Position numbers and translations under genes: made by a program
Origin: Nitrososphaerota archaeon
GTDB lineage: Archaea; Thermoproteota; Nitrososphaeria_A; Caldarchaeales; Calditenuaceae
DNA length: 64,000 bases
Direction: 5' to 3'
Assembly (NCBI GenBank): GCA_041641295.1
Contig: JBEPYO010000001.1
Span: forward strand, 1,241,006 to 1,305,005
In this document: positions 1-9,101 of the stretch, piece by piece
Layout of the letters: every line of letters begins with the position of its first letter
How positions within the stretch are numbered: the first letter of the stretch is position 1
The notes under the pieces: generated by a model
Databases searched by the model: none
What the model was told of the DNA's origin: nothing
The model's input: the letters and a program-made list of their open reading frames with translations, nothing else

Positions 1-21
1 GCTTTTTGAGGGTGAGAAAGG

Positions 22-1038
22 ATGAGTAGTGGAGATAATATCGTTGTGTTGGAGAATGTTAAGGTGTATTTTCCAATAAGAAAAATCTTTTCTGTCGTGG
101 GTTATGTCAGGGCTGTTGATGGTGTAAGTTTGACGATTAAAAAGGGGGAAGTACTTGCGTTGGTTGGTGAAAGCGGTTCAGGCAAAACTACACTTGGAAA
201 GGCAATTATAGGCTTGGTCAGGCCTACTGATGGGAAAATCTTTTTTGATGGCGTCAACATTTGCGAATTATCTGAGAAAGAATTAAAGCAATTAAGACGT
301 AGGGTAGGAGTTATCTTCCAAGATCCATTCTCCAGCCTCAATCCAGGGTTTACCATATTCAGGTCTGTTGAAGAACCGCTGGTAGTTAATAAGATCGGTA
401 ATAAACAGGAGAGAAGAGAGAGGGTATTAAAGGCATTAAGTGATGTCAAGCTCAATCCCCCTGATTTTTTCGCCTCTAAATATCCACACATGCTTAGTGG
501 TGGTCAGCGTCAGAGGGCGGCAATTGCGCGAGCGATAATCTCTAACCCAGACTTCATCGTGGCTGATGAACCTGTCACGATGCTCGACGCATCGATAAGA
601 GTTGAAATACTCCGTCTTTTGAGGGAAATTCAGCACAAATATGGGCTAACCATACTCTATATAACACATGACATGGCCACAGCCAAATATTTCGCAGACA
701 GGATAGCCATCATGTATGCTGGTAAAATTGTTGAATTAGGTCCCAGTAGAAGCGTTTTAGAGAATCCGCATCATCCGTACACACAGTCACTTATTGAGGC
801 TATACCTGATCCAGATCCTGCTAATCGTTTTAGGCTTAGAGAAGTGATTCTTGGTGAACCGCCGAGTCTGATAAATCCGCCACAGGGATGTAGATTCTAC
901 CCGCGATGTCGATTCTTCATGAAGGGGAAGTGTGACGTTCTCGAGCCGCCACTTTATAGATCTGCTAATGAGAGGTTGGTTGCCTGCTACCTCTATGAGA
1001 CAGGGATGTCCGAAACAAACCGACCTAAGCATGAGTAA
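22..1038 (+). CDS. ABC transporter ATP-binding protein, oligopeptide/dipeptide (OppF/DppF) type
   Basis: 338-aa ORF with Walker A GESGSGKTT, ABC signature LSGGQRQR, Walker B FIVADEP and an Opp-type Cys-rich C-terminal tail (GCRFYPRCRF..KC). No partner genes lie downstream. It is visibly AT-richer than the rest of the window. Confidence 0.9.
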   Translation: MSSGDNIVVLENVKVYFPIRKIFSVVGYVRAVDGVSLTIKKGEVLALVGESGSGKTTLGKAIIGLVRPTDGKIFFDGVNICELSEKELKQLRRRVGVIFQDPFSSLNPGFTIFRSVEEPLVVNKIGNKQERRERVLKALSDVKLNPPDFFASKYPHMLSGGQRQRAAIARAIISNPDFIVADEPVTMLDASIRVEILRLLREIQHKYGLTILYITHDMATAKYFADRIAIMYAGKIVELGPSRSVLENPHHPYTQSLIEAIPDPDPANRFRLREVILGEPPSLINPPQGCRFYPRCRFFMKGKCDVLEPPLYRSANERLVACYLYETGMSETNRPKHE

Positions 1039-1459
1039 ATAGCCTCAATCTTTGATTAGATAGTACGTATTGTATGTCTTCTCATTAGGTCTGGTTATAT
1101 GAATTAGGTTCTGGACTTGTCGCCGAGTATTGGTGTGTCGCATTGACGAGGAATGTCCAAGCAGCGGCTCAGAGTTAGCTGACGGTAGCCCAAATAGTCG
1201 TGGCTCTTGCAGTGGTGGCCGTCATTCTGTCGGTGATCTCGGTAGCTAGGTGGCCTAAGGCCTCCGGCATAGAACCCAGCCTCAACCCTTCTTTTTTAAG
1301 CACATTTTTAGCCCCACTTCCTGCAAACCGAATATCATTTTGATAAAAAAATTGCATATATTCAGACATTTTTTACAAATTGAGCCGGTTTTTGGAGAAC
1401 ATCTGACGGTACATTTATATTAACCTGCGGCGTCTCGGTTTACTTAAAGTGAGCTAGTC

Positions 1460-2680
1460 ATGGTGGATGCTGGTGATACCGCGTGGGTATTGGTCTCGGC
1501 TGCGCTGGTAATGTTGATGACTCCGGGTCTCGGCTTCTTCTACGCTGGTCTCTCGAGGAGGAAGAACGTCGTGGCTGTCCTGATGCAGTGCTTTATAGCT
1601 GTGGCTACAATATCCGTTATCTGGGCGCTCTGGGGGTATAGCTTGGCTTTTGGCCCCAGCCGCGGAGGATTTATAGGGGGTCTCGAATGGTTTGGCCTTG
1701 CCGGAGTTGGCGGCGAGCCTAACCCTGACTACGCGGCCACTATTCCACACTCAACCTACATGCTGTTTCAAGCGATGTTCGCCATAATTACGCCAGCACT
1801 GATAGTGGGCGCATTTGCTGAGCGGGTAAGGTTCGGGCCGTTCCTACTGTTTCTTGTCCTATGGTCTACGCTTGTATACGCACCAATAGCCCATTGGGTC
1901 TGGGGCGTTGGGGGCTGGCTGAGAAGTTTAGGTGCCCTCGACTTCGCTGGCGGTACGGTCGTCCACATAAGCTCCGGAGTCTCGGCCCTTGTGGCGGCGA
2001 TGGTGATTGGGAGGCGAATAGGTTATGGTAGCTTCGCGATGGAGCCAAGCAGCCCCACACTCGTCATACTGGGTGCGGGGCTCCTGTGGTTTGGCTGGTT
2101 CGGCTTCAACGGTGGCAGCGCATTGGCCTCAGGTGGTCTAGCCTCGAACGCTTTTATGGTCACACACCTAGCCGCCTCGGCAGCAGCTCTGGCTTGGATG
2201 GTGGCGGGCTGGATACACAAGGGCAAGCCCAGCAGTATTGGGGCTGCGAGCGGAGCTGTGGCAGGTCTAGTAGCCATAACGCCTGCCTCGGGCTTTGTCG
2301 GTCCTCAGGCGGCCCTGGTGATAGGCGGGTTAGCCGGAATCCTATGCTATGCGGGTGTCAATTTGAGGGCTTTGCTCGGTGTTGATGACTCGCTTGATGT
2401 CTGGGGTGTCCACGGTGTCGGTGGTACGTGGGGGGCGATAGCAACGGGAATATTCGCAGATGCCTCGATAAACCCGGCGGGAGCCAATGGCCTTCTTTTA
2501 GGCAATCCGTCATTACTGGGGGTGCAGCTTATAGGTGTGGCCGCAACTTGGGCCTACGCTGGCCTCATGACTTTCATCATAGTCAAGCTGGTGGACAGGC
2601 TGGTAGGGCTGCGGGTTAAGCCAATGGAGGAAATGATAGGGCTGGATATAACGCAGCACGGTGAATACGTGGTTGTGTAG
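1460..2680 (+). CDS. amt: ammonium transporter (Amt/MEP family)
   Basis: 406-aa polytopic membrane ORF with Amt motifs (DFAGGTVVHISSG, VWGVHGVGGTWG). glnK follows 15 nt downstream. Confidence 0.95.
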   Translation: MVDAGDTAWVLVSAALVMLMTPGLGFFYAGLSRRKNVVAVLMQCFIAVATISVIWALWGYSLAFGPSRGGFIGGLEWFGLAGVGGEPNPDYAATIPHSTYMLFQAMFAIITPALIVGAFAERVRFGPFLLFLVLWSTLVYAPIAHWVWGVGGWLRSLGALDFAGGTVVHISSGVSALVAAMVIGRRIGYGSFAMEPSSPTLVILGAGLLWFGWFGFNGGSALASGGLASNAFMVTHLAASAAALAWMVAGWIHKGKPSSIGAASGAVAGLVAITPASGFVGPQAALVIGGLAGILCYAGVNLRALLGVDDSLDVWGVHGVGGTWGAIATGIFADASINPAGANGLLLGNPSLLGVQLIGVAATWAYAGLMTFIIVKLVDRLVGLRVKPMEEMIGLDITQHGEYVVV

Positions 2681-2694
2681 GGGGTGAGGGCTGG

Positions 2695-3036
2695 ATGAAG
2701 ATGGTGCACGCAGTTATAAGGCCTGAACTCCTTGAGGAGGTAAAAAGGTCTCTTGAGAAGGAGGGATTCTACGGCCTCACGGTCTACGACGTGAGAGGAC
2801 GTGGAAGGCAGGACAGCTTCTCTTGGAAGATAAGGGGCAACGTCTACAAGATAGACCTGCTGCCCAAGCTAAAGATAGAGATAGTGGTTGAAGATGAGCA
2901 GGCTCATAGGGTCGCAGAGATTATACAGTCGGCTGCCTCGACTGGCGAGATAGGTGATGGAAAAATATTCATAACGCATGTTGAGGAGGCAATCCGGATA
3001 AGGACGGGTGAACGCGGGCCTGAGGCTGTAAAGTAG
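2695..3036 (+). CDS. glnK: nitrogen regulatory protein P-II (GlnK)
   Basis: 113 aa starting MKMVHAVIRPE, with T-loop region RGRGRQ and the classic amt-glnK pairing. Confidence 0.95.
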   Translation: MKMVHAVIRPELLEEVKRSLEKEGFYGLTVYDVRGRGRQDSFSWKIRGNVYKIDLLPKLKIEIVVEDEQAHRVAEIIQSAASTGEIGDGKIFITHVEEAIRIRTGERGPEAVK

Positions 3037-3039
3037 TGC

Positions 3040-4434
3040 CTAGCCTACGCTGCCACTCATCTCAAGCTCTATAAGCCTGTTAAACTCTATCGCATACTCC
3101 ATAGGGAGTGTTTTTGTGAAGCTCTCTAGGAATCCGAGGACAATCATGTTTAGGGCTTCCTGCTCTGGAATCCCCCTGCTCATCAGGTAGAAGATCTGGT
3201 CTTCACCTATCCTGCCAACAGTGGCCTCATGCGTAACGGTGGCGTCGTCCTCGTGGATCTCGTTGTACGGGTAGGTATCTGTCCTGGACCGGTCATCCAG
3301 AATAAGTGCATCGCATCTAACACTTGACTTCACACGCTTAGCACCCCTTGCAACGTGAAGCAAGCCTCTATAGGATGTCCTGCCGCCATCCTTGCAGACG
3401 GACTTAGAGGTTATCCGGCTGGTGGTATCTGGTGCGAGGTGGATTGCCTTGGCGCCTGTGTCTTGGTGCTGGCCCCTTCCCGCAAAGGCGACTGAGAGGA
3501 TCTCAGCCCGCGCTCCACGGCCCAGTAGATAGACACTCGGATACTTCATTGTCGCCTTACTCCCTATGTTAGCGTCAACCCACTCGACCACAGCGTCTTC
3601 GTATGCGAAGGCCCTCTTCGTTACGAGGTTGTAAACGTCCGTGCTCCAGTTCTGGAGGGTTGTATACCTTACGTATGCTCCCTTCATGGCAATAATCTCT
3701 ACAACGGCAGAGTGTAGGCTTTCGGAGCTATAGATAGGGGCAGTGCAGCCCTCGATGTAGTGGACCTTGCTTCCAGGCTCGGCTATAATCAACGTCCTTT
3801 CAAACTGGCCTACATTTGCAGCATTAATCCTGAAGTACGCCTGAAGCGGAAACTCGACATGCACGCCCTCTGGGACATAAACGAAGCTCCCCCCACTCCA
3901 GACGGCAGTGTTTAGTGCCGCGAATTTATTATCATTCGGCGGGACAATTGTCCCGAAGTATCGCTTAACTATTGAGGGATACTCTCGCAGCGCGGTATCC
4001 ATGTCGCAGAAAATTACTCCCTGCTTCTCAAGCTCCTTCCTCACATTGTGGTAAACGACCTCCGAGTCATACTGGGCTCCTACGCCTGCGAGAAACTTCC
4101 TCTCTGCCTCTGGTATCCCTAGCCGGTCAAAGGTCCTCTTTATATATTCGGGAACCTCTTCCCAGCTCTTAAACTTCCTATCAGTTGGGCTTACATAGTA
4201 TCTGATCCTGTCGAAGTCTAGGCCGCTAAGGTCCACTCCCCAATTCGGCATACTCCTCTCAACGAAGTATCTGTAGGCCTTGAGCCGGAGTTCGGTCATC
4301 CAGCCGGGCTCGTCCTTAAGCCTAGAGATCTCTTCGACTACCCGCTCCGAGATTCCTGGTTGGAAGATGTGCTTGTATTCTACCTCGTCTCTGAAGTTGT
4401 ATTTGCTGTAGTCAAAACTTATTTCTGCTGTCAT
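3040..4434 (-). CDS. sufB: Fe-S cluster assembly scaffold protein SufB
   Basis: 464 aa with SufB signatures ([32 protein letters not shown]). No sufC or sufD is adjacent. Confidence 0.9.
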   Translation of the reverse strand: MTAEISFDYSKYNFRDEVEYKHIFQPGISERVVEEISRLKDEPGWMTELRLKAYRYFVERSMPNWGVDLSGLDFDRIRYYVSPTDRKFKSWEEVPEYIKRTFDRLGIPEAERKFLAGVGAQYDSEVVYHNVRKELEKQGVIFCDMDTALREYPSIVKRYFGTIVPPNDNKFAALNTAVWSGGSFVYVPEGVHVEFPLQAYFRINAANVGQFERTLIIAEPGSKVHYIEGCTAPIYSSESLHSAVVEIIAMKGAYVRYTTLQNWSTDVYNLVTKRAFAYEDAVVEWVDANIGSKATMKYPSVYLLGRGARAEILSVAFAGRGQHQDTGAKAIHLAPDTTSRITSKSVCKDGGRTSYRGLLHVARGAKRVKSSVRCDALILDDRSRTDTYPYNEIHEDDATVTHEATVGRIGEDQIFYLMSRGIPEQEALNMIVLGFLESFTKTLPMEYAIEFNRLIELEMSGSVG

Positions 4435-4579
4435 TAGATTCGATATAACAGTGTTATTCCTCTATATAAGTTAGTGGCTACAACAACTGGTAGTCCACCT
4501 GCCCAAGTATTTACAACATATATACACACAACCCGTTAATACGACACATTTAAATCATTAAAACACATAGCATTGGTCG

Positions 4580-5074
4580 GTGATAGGAATGCTAGCACTA
4601 GAGCAGGAAAAAGGTCTAACAACGGCGAGTAACAGGAAAATACTTGTGTATGTTGACGGGACAGGCAAGGATGTTAAGGTGCTGGAGGCCGCAGCTAAGA
4701 TGGCCATAGAAGAGGGTGCAGAACTTGTCATAATGACGGTTCTGAAGAAGGTTAATAGGGTTCCCGACGAATTTATTAAGTTCGTCAACTCCGAGAGGTT
4801 TACCGACCCTCCACAATACCTCTACTACCAGTACCTTGGTAGGGCAGTACTAGAGCCCTATGTCGCAGTTCTAAGGAATATGAACGTACCCTACGAGGTT
4901 CAGATAGAGTTCGGGGACAAGAAGGAGAGGATCGAGGCCGTCGCTAAATCAATAAAGCCGTACAGGGTTGTCATGTCGGTGAATGGCGGGACACGGAGGC
5001 AGTTCTTTGGTCTCCCGCTCTTCAGGGCTGAGGGAGGCCTCAAGCTCGATTGCCCCATAACGCTGATACCGTAG
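4580..5074 (+). CDS. universal stress protein (UspA)-like protein
   Basis: 164 aa. The KILVYVDGTGKDVKVLEAAAKMAIEEGAELVIMTV N-terminal strand-helix-strand is typical of Usp. The C-terminal G-x2-G-x9-G(S/T) ATP motif is degenerate. Start is GTG 4580 or ATG 4589. Confidence 0.55.
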   Translation: MIGMLALEQEKGLTTASNRKILVYVDGTGKDVKVLEAAAKMAIEEGAELVIMTVLKKVNRVPDEFIKFVNSERFTDPPQYLYYQYLGRAVLEPYVAVLRNMNVPYEVQIEFGDKKERIEAVAKSIKPYRVVMSVNGGTRRQFFGLPLFRAEGGLKLDCPITLIP

Positions 5075-5121
5075 AAAGAGAATAGCCATCAGCTACGATA
5101 GAACTCCACGCACCTTTTAGT

Positions 5122-5415
5122 TTAAGGTGTTTTTATTTTAAATTCTTTTCCCTCACAGTCCACAACGCCCTGCACACGCCTGATGAATGAGACGCAGTTG
5201 TAGCACATCAGGAATGCGACGGCCTGACCGGCTACCGGGCACTCCACGTACTCCTTCTTCATCTTCGCTATCATCTTGTTGCTCAGAGATTTCTTCAGGC
5301 TCTCCACAATGCTCTGGTCTACCTTAAGCGCCTTCTGAGCCGTCTTAACCTCTACACGGTATTGTGGCGACCTCAAATCCTGCTGGCGTGATTGCTGAGC
5401 CGGATAATAAATCAT
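5122..5415 (-). CDS. hypothetical small Cys-containing protein
   Basis: 97-aa ORF divergent from leuA with several Cys in the C-terminal part (ECPVAGQ..MCYNC..DCEGKEF). No family recognised. Coding status is inferred only from length and position. Confidence 0.4.
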   Translation of the reverse strand: MIYYPAQQSRQQDLRSPQYRVEVKTAQKALKVDQSIVESLKKSLSNKMIAKMKKEYVECPVAGQAVAFLMCYNCVSFIRRVQGVVDCEGKEFKIKTP

Positions 5416-5496
5416 CTGCTATACATCGCGCTTCCATGCGCTGTGTAGGGCTCAGACTGTGTTGCAATGTTAATGTTTATATATTGACCAATAGCT

Positions 5497-5622
5497 ATGT
5501 TCAGGCACAGGCGAAGGGTGGTAGTTATTGCTTGGGGCTCTGAACTAGCTCCGTACATCCCATGTGTCGCCGCCACTACTGAAATCTCTGCTCCCTCCCT
5601 TCGCATTCTCCTTCTCTGGTGA
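5497..5622 (+). promoter_or_regulatory. candidate upstream ORF / leader peptide in the leuA 5' leader
   Basis: 41-codon ORF MFRHRRRVVVIAWGSELAPYIPCVAATTEISAPSLRILLLW. Its TGA lies inside the leuA Shine-Dalgarno GGTGAGG (5618-5624). See findings. Confidence 0.25.
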
Positions 5623-5631
5623 GGGTGGGCT

Positions 5632-7167
5632 ATGAGCTGGAGAAGTTTCTTGGAGGGGGTATATGCTCTTCCGAGTCGTGTATTCTTCTTCGATACTACG
5701 CTGAGGGATGGTGAGCAGACTCCGGGTGTTGCGTTGCGCGTGGAGGAGAAGGTGTTGATTGCTGAAGCACTCTCCGACTTGGGAGTTGATGTGATAGAGG
5801 CGGGTTTCGCCGTAGTCTCGCGGGGCGAGTATGAGGCAGTCAAGAAGATATGTGGCTTGGGGCTGAGCTCAAAGATATGCTCCCTAAGCAGGTGCGAGAA
5901 GAGGGATGTTGACGCCGCTGTCGACGCGGGCTGCGACTGGGTCCACGTATTCATAGCGACCTCCGAACTCCACATGAAGTATAAGCTGAACATGACGAGG
6001 GAGCAGGTAGTTGAGCGGGCTGTTGAAATGGTTGAATATGCGAAGAGCCGGGGTGTTGTAGTCCACTTCTCGGCTGAGGATGCGACGAGAAGCGATCCGG
6101 AATTTCTGATGGAGGTATACCGGCGCGTAAGGGATGCGGGGGCTGATAGTTTAGACATTCCTGACACCGTCGGTGTCGCTGTTCCACACGTTATGAGGTC
6201 GCTTGCCAGTAGGGCGAAGCGTGAGACTGGCCTGCCTATCGCAGTCCACTGTCACGACGATATGGGCCTAGCCACGGCTAATACTTTAGCCGGCGTAGAG
6301 GGTGGCGCGGAGATAGTGCACGTCACAGTGAATGGGATTGGTGAGCGGGCTGGAAACACGAGTCTGGAGGAGGTCGCAGTCGCCCTCAAATTCCTCTACG
6401 GAGTCGAGACTGGGATAAGGTATGAAAATATTGCGAAGGTCTCGAGGCTCGTAGCCCGGTTGACAGGAATACCAGTCCCCAAAAACAAGGCCGTCGTCGG
6501 GGAGCACGCCTTCTCCCACGAGAGCGGCATCCATGTACACGGGGTGATCAATAACCCCGCCACATATGAGCCAATCATGCCTGAGCAGGTGGGTATGAGC
6601 AGGCGGATCATCATCGGTAAGCACTCGGGGGCACACTCGGTCAACATGATTCTAAGACAGTATGGCTTCGTCTTAGAGACTGGCGAGGTCAGGGCTGTAC
6701 TAGAGAGGGTGAAGAATGTTGCCGACTCTGGTCATAAGCTGAGCGATCAAGAACTGCTGCAGATTGTAAACGAGGTCGTCGGGTCGAGGGCCGTGAGGCC
6801 TGTAGCTTTAAGGGGCTTCCAGCAGATTACAACCGAGTATGGCGACAGGTGTGTGGCCGAGTTTGAAGTTAACGGCGAGACGCTACGCGTCGAGGGGGTT
6901 GGTGACACACCTCTTAAGTCTGCGATAGACGCTTCGCTGAAGGCGTTTACCAACATTTTAGGAGATATTAAAATCGTTGACTACTCTCTCTTTGCATCAC
7001 CATACGAGGATAGACACCCCTACGAGGCCGAGGTCATCATAAAAGTTAATGGAAACACTGTTGTCGGGAGGGGGATTGGCAAGACGAGTGGACACACAAT
7101 ACTAAACGCGGTATCTAATGCAGTTAATCAATACTTGCTAACCCAGTCGCGGGGGGTGGGGAGATGA
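5632..7167 (+). CDS. leuA: 2-isopropylmalate synthase / (R)-citramalate synthase
   Basis: 511 aa with a DRE-TIM aldolase N-terminus (FFDTTLRDGEQTPGV, HCHDDMGLATAN, HESGIHV) and a LeuA-type C-terminal regulatory domain. Its stop overlaps the ilvB ATG (ATGA). Confidence 0.9.
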   Translation: MSWRSFLEGVYALPSRVFFFDTTLRDGEQTPGVALRVEEKVLIAEALSDLGVDVIEAGFAVVSRGEYEAVKKICGLGLSSKICSLSRCEKRDVDAAVDAGCDWVHVFIATSELHMKYKLNMTREQVVERAVEMVEYAKSRGVVVHFSAEDATRSDPEFLMEVYRRVRDAGADSLDIPDTVGVAVPHVMRSLASRAKRETGLPIAVHCHDDMGLATANTLAGVEGGAEIVHVTVNGIGERAGNTSLEEVAVALKFLYGVETGIRYENIAKVSRLVARLTGIPVPKNKAVVGEHAFSHESGIHVHGVINNPATYEPIMPEQVGMSRRIIIGKHSGAHSVNMILRQYGFVLETGEVRAVLERVKNVADSGHKLSDQELLQIVNEVVGSRAVRPVALRGFQQITTEYGDRCVAEFEVNGETLRVEGVGDTPLKSAIDASLKAFTNILGDIKIVDYSLFASPYEDRHPYEAEVIIKVNGNTVVGRGIGKTSGHTILNAVSNAVNQYLLTQSRGVGR

Positions 7168-8897
7168 AGGCCAGCGACGCCTTAGTCAAGAAGATGGAGG
7201 AGCTGGGCGTTGAGATAGTCTTCGGCATCCCGGGCGGCGCTAACCTGCCACTATACGACTCCCTTTACGACTCAGATATCAGGAGCGTGCTCGTGAAGCA
7301 TGAGCAGCAAGCCGCCCATGCCGCTGAGGGTTATGCCCGCGTCAAAAAGAGGCCCGGAATAGCCCTAGCCACCTCCGGCCCAGGGGCGACGAACTTGATA
7401 ACAGGCATCGTGAACGCCTCGATGGATAGCGCACCCCTAGTAGCCATCACGGGCCAGGTAGTCAGGTCCTTTATGGGTACAGACGCCTTCCAAGAGGCAG
7501 ACATAGTCGGCATGGTACTCCCCCACGTAAAATACGCCACAGTTGTCGTCGATTCGTCGAGGCTCGTGAAAGAATTTGTCAATGCCTACCGGTGCGCCAT
7601 AAGTGGGCGGCCTGGGCCAGCTCTGATAGATATTCCCAGGGATGTTCAACAAGAGGACGTGGGAGATTACGAGCAGCTCGACGACTCTGTCGAGGAGAGA
7701 TTCATCAAACCTGCCCCACAGCCCGATGACGGCCAGTTTAGGAGAGCTGCTGAGCTCTTGGCAGCCGCTCAGCGTGTATGCATATTGCTGGGTGGTGGGA
7801 CGTACTTCAGTGATGCCACAAGAGAGGCTCTGAAACTCTCTGAGCTTCTCAACGCCGCCGTGATCGCCACCACACCGGGGAAAACAGCCCTCATCGAAGA
7901 CCATCCAAACGTCCTAGGGGTGGTTGGAATGCATGGACGCTTCGAGTCTAATCTCGCTGTCATAGACGCTGACGTCATATTGTGTGTCGGTACTAGGCTC
8001 TCAGACAGGGCCATCGGCCCGCCAACAGAATTCAGGAAGGGCAGAAAAATCATCCACATAGACATTGACGGCAGCGAGATTGGGAAGAATGTTGTCCCCG
8101 ACGTAGGTATTGTCTGCGACGCCAAAGTAGCCCTAATGAAGATACTGGAAAACCTCTCAGCGCAAGACATCAAGCCTAAGGATCCGGGATGGGTCTTGGG
8201 CCTCAAGGAGATTGGCCGCAGTTTTGACGATTACATGTTTAACCAAGCTGATGGGAGCAGGCTATCGTCTTGGAAGGTTGTCAAGACTATTAGAGACGAG
8301 CTGCCTAGGAATGCCATAGTGACTACAGGGGTGGGGCAGCATCAGATGTGGTCACAGCTCTTCTTCAAAGTTTTAGAGCCCGGTACCTTCATCACGAGCG
8401 CGGGATTGGGTACCATGGGCTTCGGCCTTCCAGCAGCTATGGGTGCCAAGGCTGCAGCCCCAGACAGGATAGTCCTCAACATGGATGGGGATGGTAGCTT
8501 CCTGATGACTTGCCAGACTCTCGGAACCATCGTCGAATACGACCTCCCCGTTATCACGGTGATCTTCGACAACCGCTCGCTAGGCATGGTGAGGCAGTGG
8601 CAGGACCTCTTCTACAAGAAGAGGTTCAAGGATGTTGACATCGAGGATAGGACAAACCTAGTCAAGCTCTCTGAGGCCTTCGGGGTTGAGGGTGTCTTCG
8701 TTGAGAGCTATGAGGAGTTGAGGACCGCGCTTAGGAGGGCCATCAGAAACAATGAGGCCCTAGTCATAGACGTGCCTATCGACAAGGACGAGAAAGTATT
8801 CCCAATGGTGCCGCCCGGAAAGTGGCTTGCGGACGTCATCCTCCCACCGGGGTTCAGCTCCTATGTCGAGGAGAAAACTACTAGTCCGGCTAAATAA
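7164..8897 (+). CDS. ilvB: acetolactate synthase large (catalytic) subunit
   Basis: 577 aa, ThDP enzyme (IFGIPGGANLPLYD, GLGTMGFGLPAAMGAK, NMDGDGSF, NNRSLGMVRQWQ-like). Confidence 0.95.
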   Translation: MKASDALVKKMEELGVEIVFGIPGGANLPLYDSLYDSDIRSVLVKHEQQAAHAAEGYARVKKRPGIALATSGPGATNLITGIVNASMDSAPLVAITGQVVRSFMGTDAFQEADIVGMVLPHVKYATVVVDSSRLVKEFVNAYRCAISGRPGPALIDIPRDVQQEDVGDYEQLDDSVEERFIKPAPQPDDGQFRRAAELLAAAQRVCILLGGGTYFSDATREALKLSELLNAAVIATTPGKTALIEDHPNVLGVVGMHGRFESNLAVIDADVILCVGTRLSDRAIGPPTEFRKGRKIIHIDIDGSEIGKNVVPDVGIVCDAKVALMKILENLSAQDIKPKDPGWVLGLKEIGRSFDDYMFNQADGSRLSSWKVVKTIRDELPRNAIVTTGVGQHQMWSQLFFKVLEPGTFITSAGLGTMGFGLPAAMGAKAAAPDRIVLNMDGDGSFLMTCQTLGTIVEYDLPVITVIFDNRSLGMVRQWQDLFYKKRFKDVDIEDRTNLVKLSEAFGVEGVFVESYEELRTALRRAIRNNEALVIDVPIDKDEKVFPMVPPGKWLADVILPPGFSSYVEEKTTSPAK

Positions 8898-9093
8898 CTC
8901 CTACGAGGCTGTCCTGAAGCTCTTGCTCTTCGCAAAGCAAGGGCGGCTAGTGTTAAGCGAGTTTCATCTAAAATCTGACGACGGCGAACTATCGGCCGAG
9001 CTGGTTGTGGAGGGGCCGCCAGAGAAGATCGACTGGTTCGCGAAAAAGGCCAGCGGCTCACCCCTAGTCATAGAGTGTAAAAGTCTCGAGTAG
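8863..9093 (+). CDS. ilvN: ACT-domain protein, acetolactate synthase small-subunit-like (copy 1)
   Basis: The ATG at 8863 gives 76 aa: KLLVRLNNSYEAVLKLLLFAKQGRLVLSEFHLKSDDGELSAELVVEG...KIDWFAKK. This follows the beta-alpha-beta-beta-alpha-beta ACT pattern of IlvN/IlvH. Position between ilvB and ilvC supports the call. The track start at 8827 would overlap ilvB by 71 nt. Confidence 0.55.
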   Translation: MSRRKLLVRLNNSYEAVLKLLLFAKQGRLVLSEFHLKSDDGELSAELVVEGPPEKIDWFAKKASGSPLVIECKSLE

Positions 9094-9101
9094 CAGGCGG
9101 T

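Noticed and set aside
1175-1369. 64-aa minus-strand ORF in the oppF-amt spacer
   Set aside because: Its first third is made of AT-rich codons typical of intergenic DNA. It has no recognisable domain and its TATA spacing is about 45 nt, unlike other genes here. It is kept only as a remark.
5111-5140. Hairpin CACCTT-N7-AAGGTG followed by a T-run, looking like an intrinsic terminator
   Set aside because: The stem's 3' arm, most of the loop and the T-run lie inside the 3' coding end (..EFKIKTP) of ORF 5122..5415. It may still help terminate the convergent usp-like transcript, but this cannot be called from sequence alone.
5412-6167. 251-aa ORF on the minus strand
   Set aside because: It is antisense to the clearly recognisable leuA. 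It is Ser/Thr/Ala-rich and low-complexity, as expected from the mirror frame of a GC-rich gene.
8827-8862. Longer start for the first ACT-domain ORF
   Set aside because: It would overlap ilvB by 71 nt and adds a non-ACT Ser/Arg-rich peptide. ATG 8863 is preferred.
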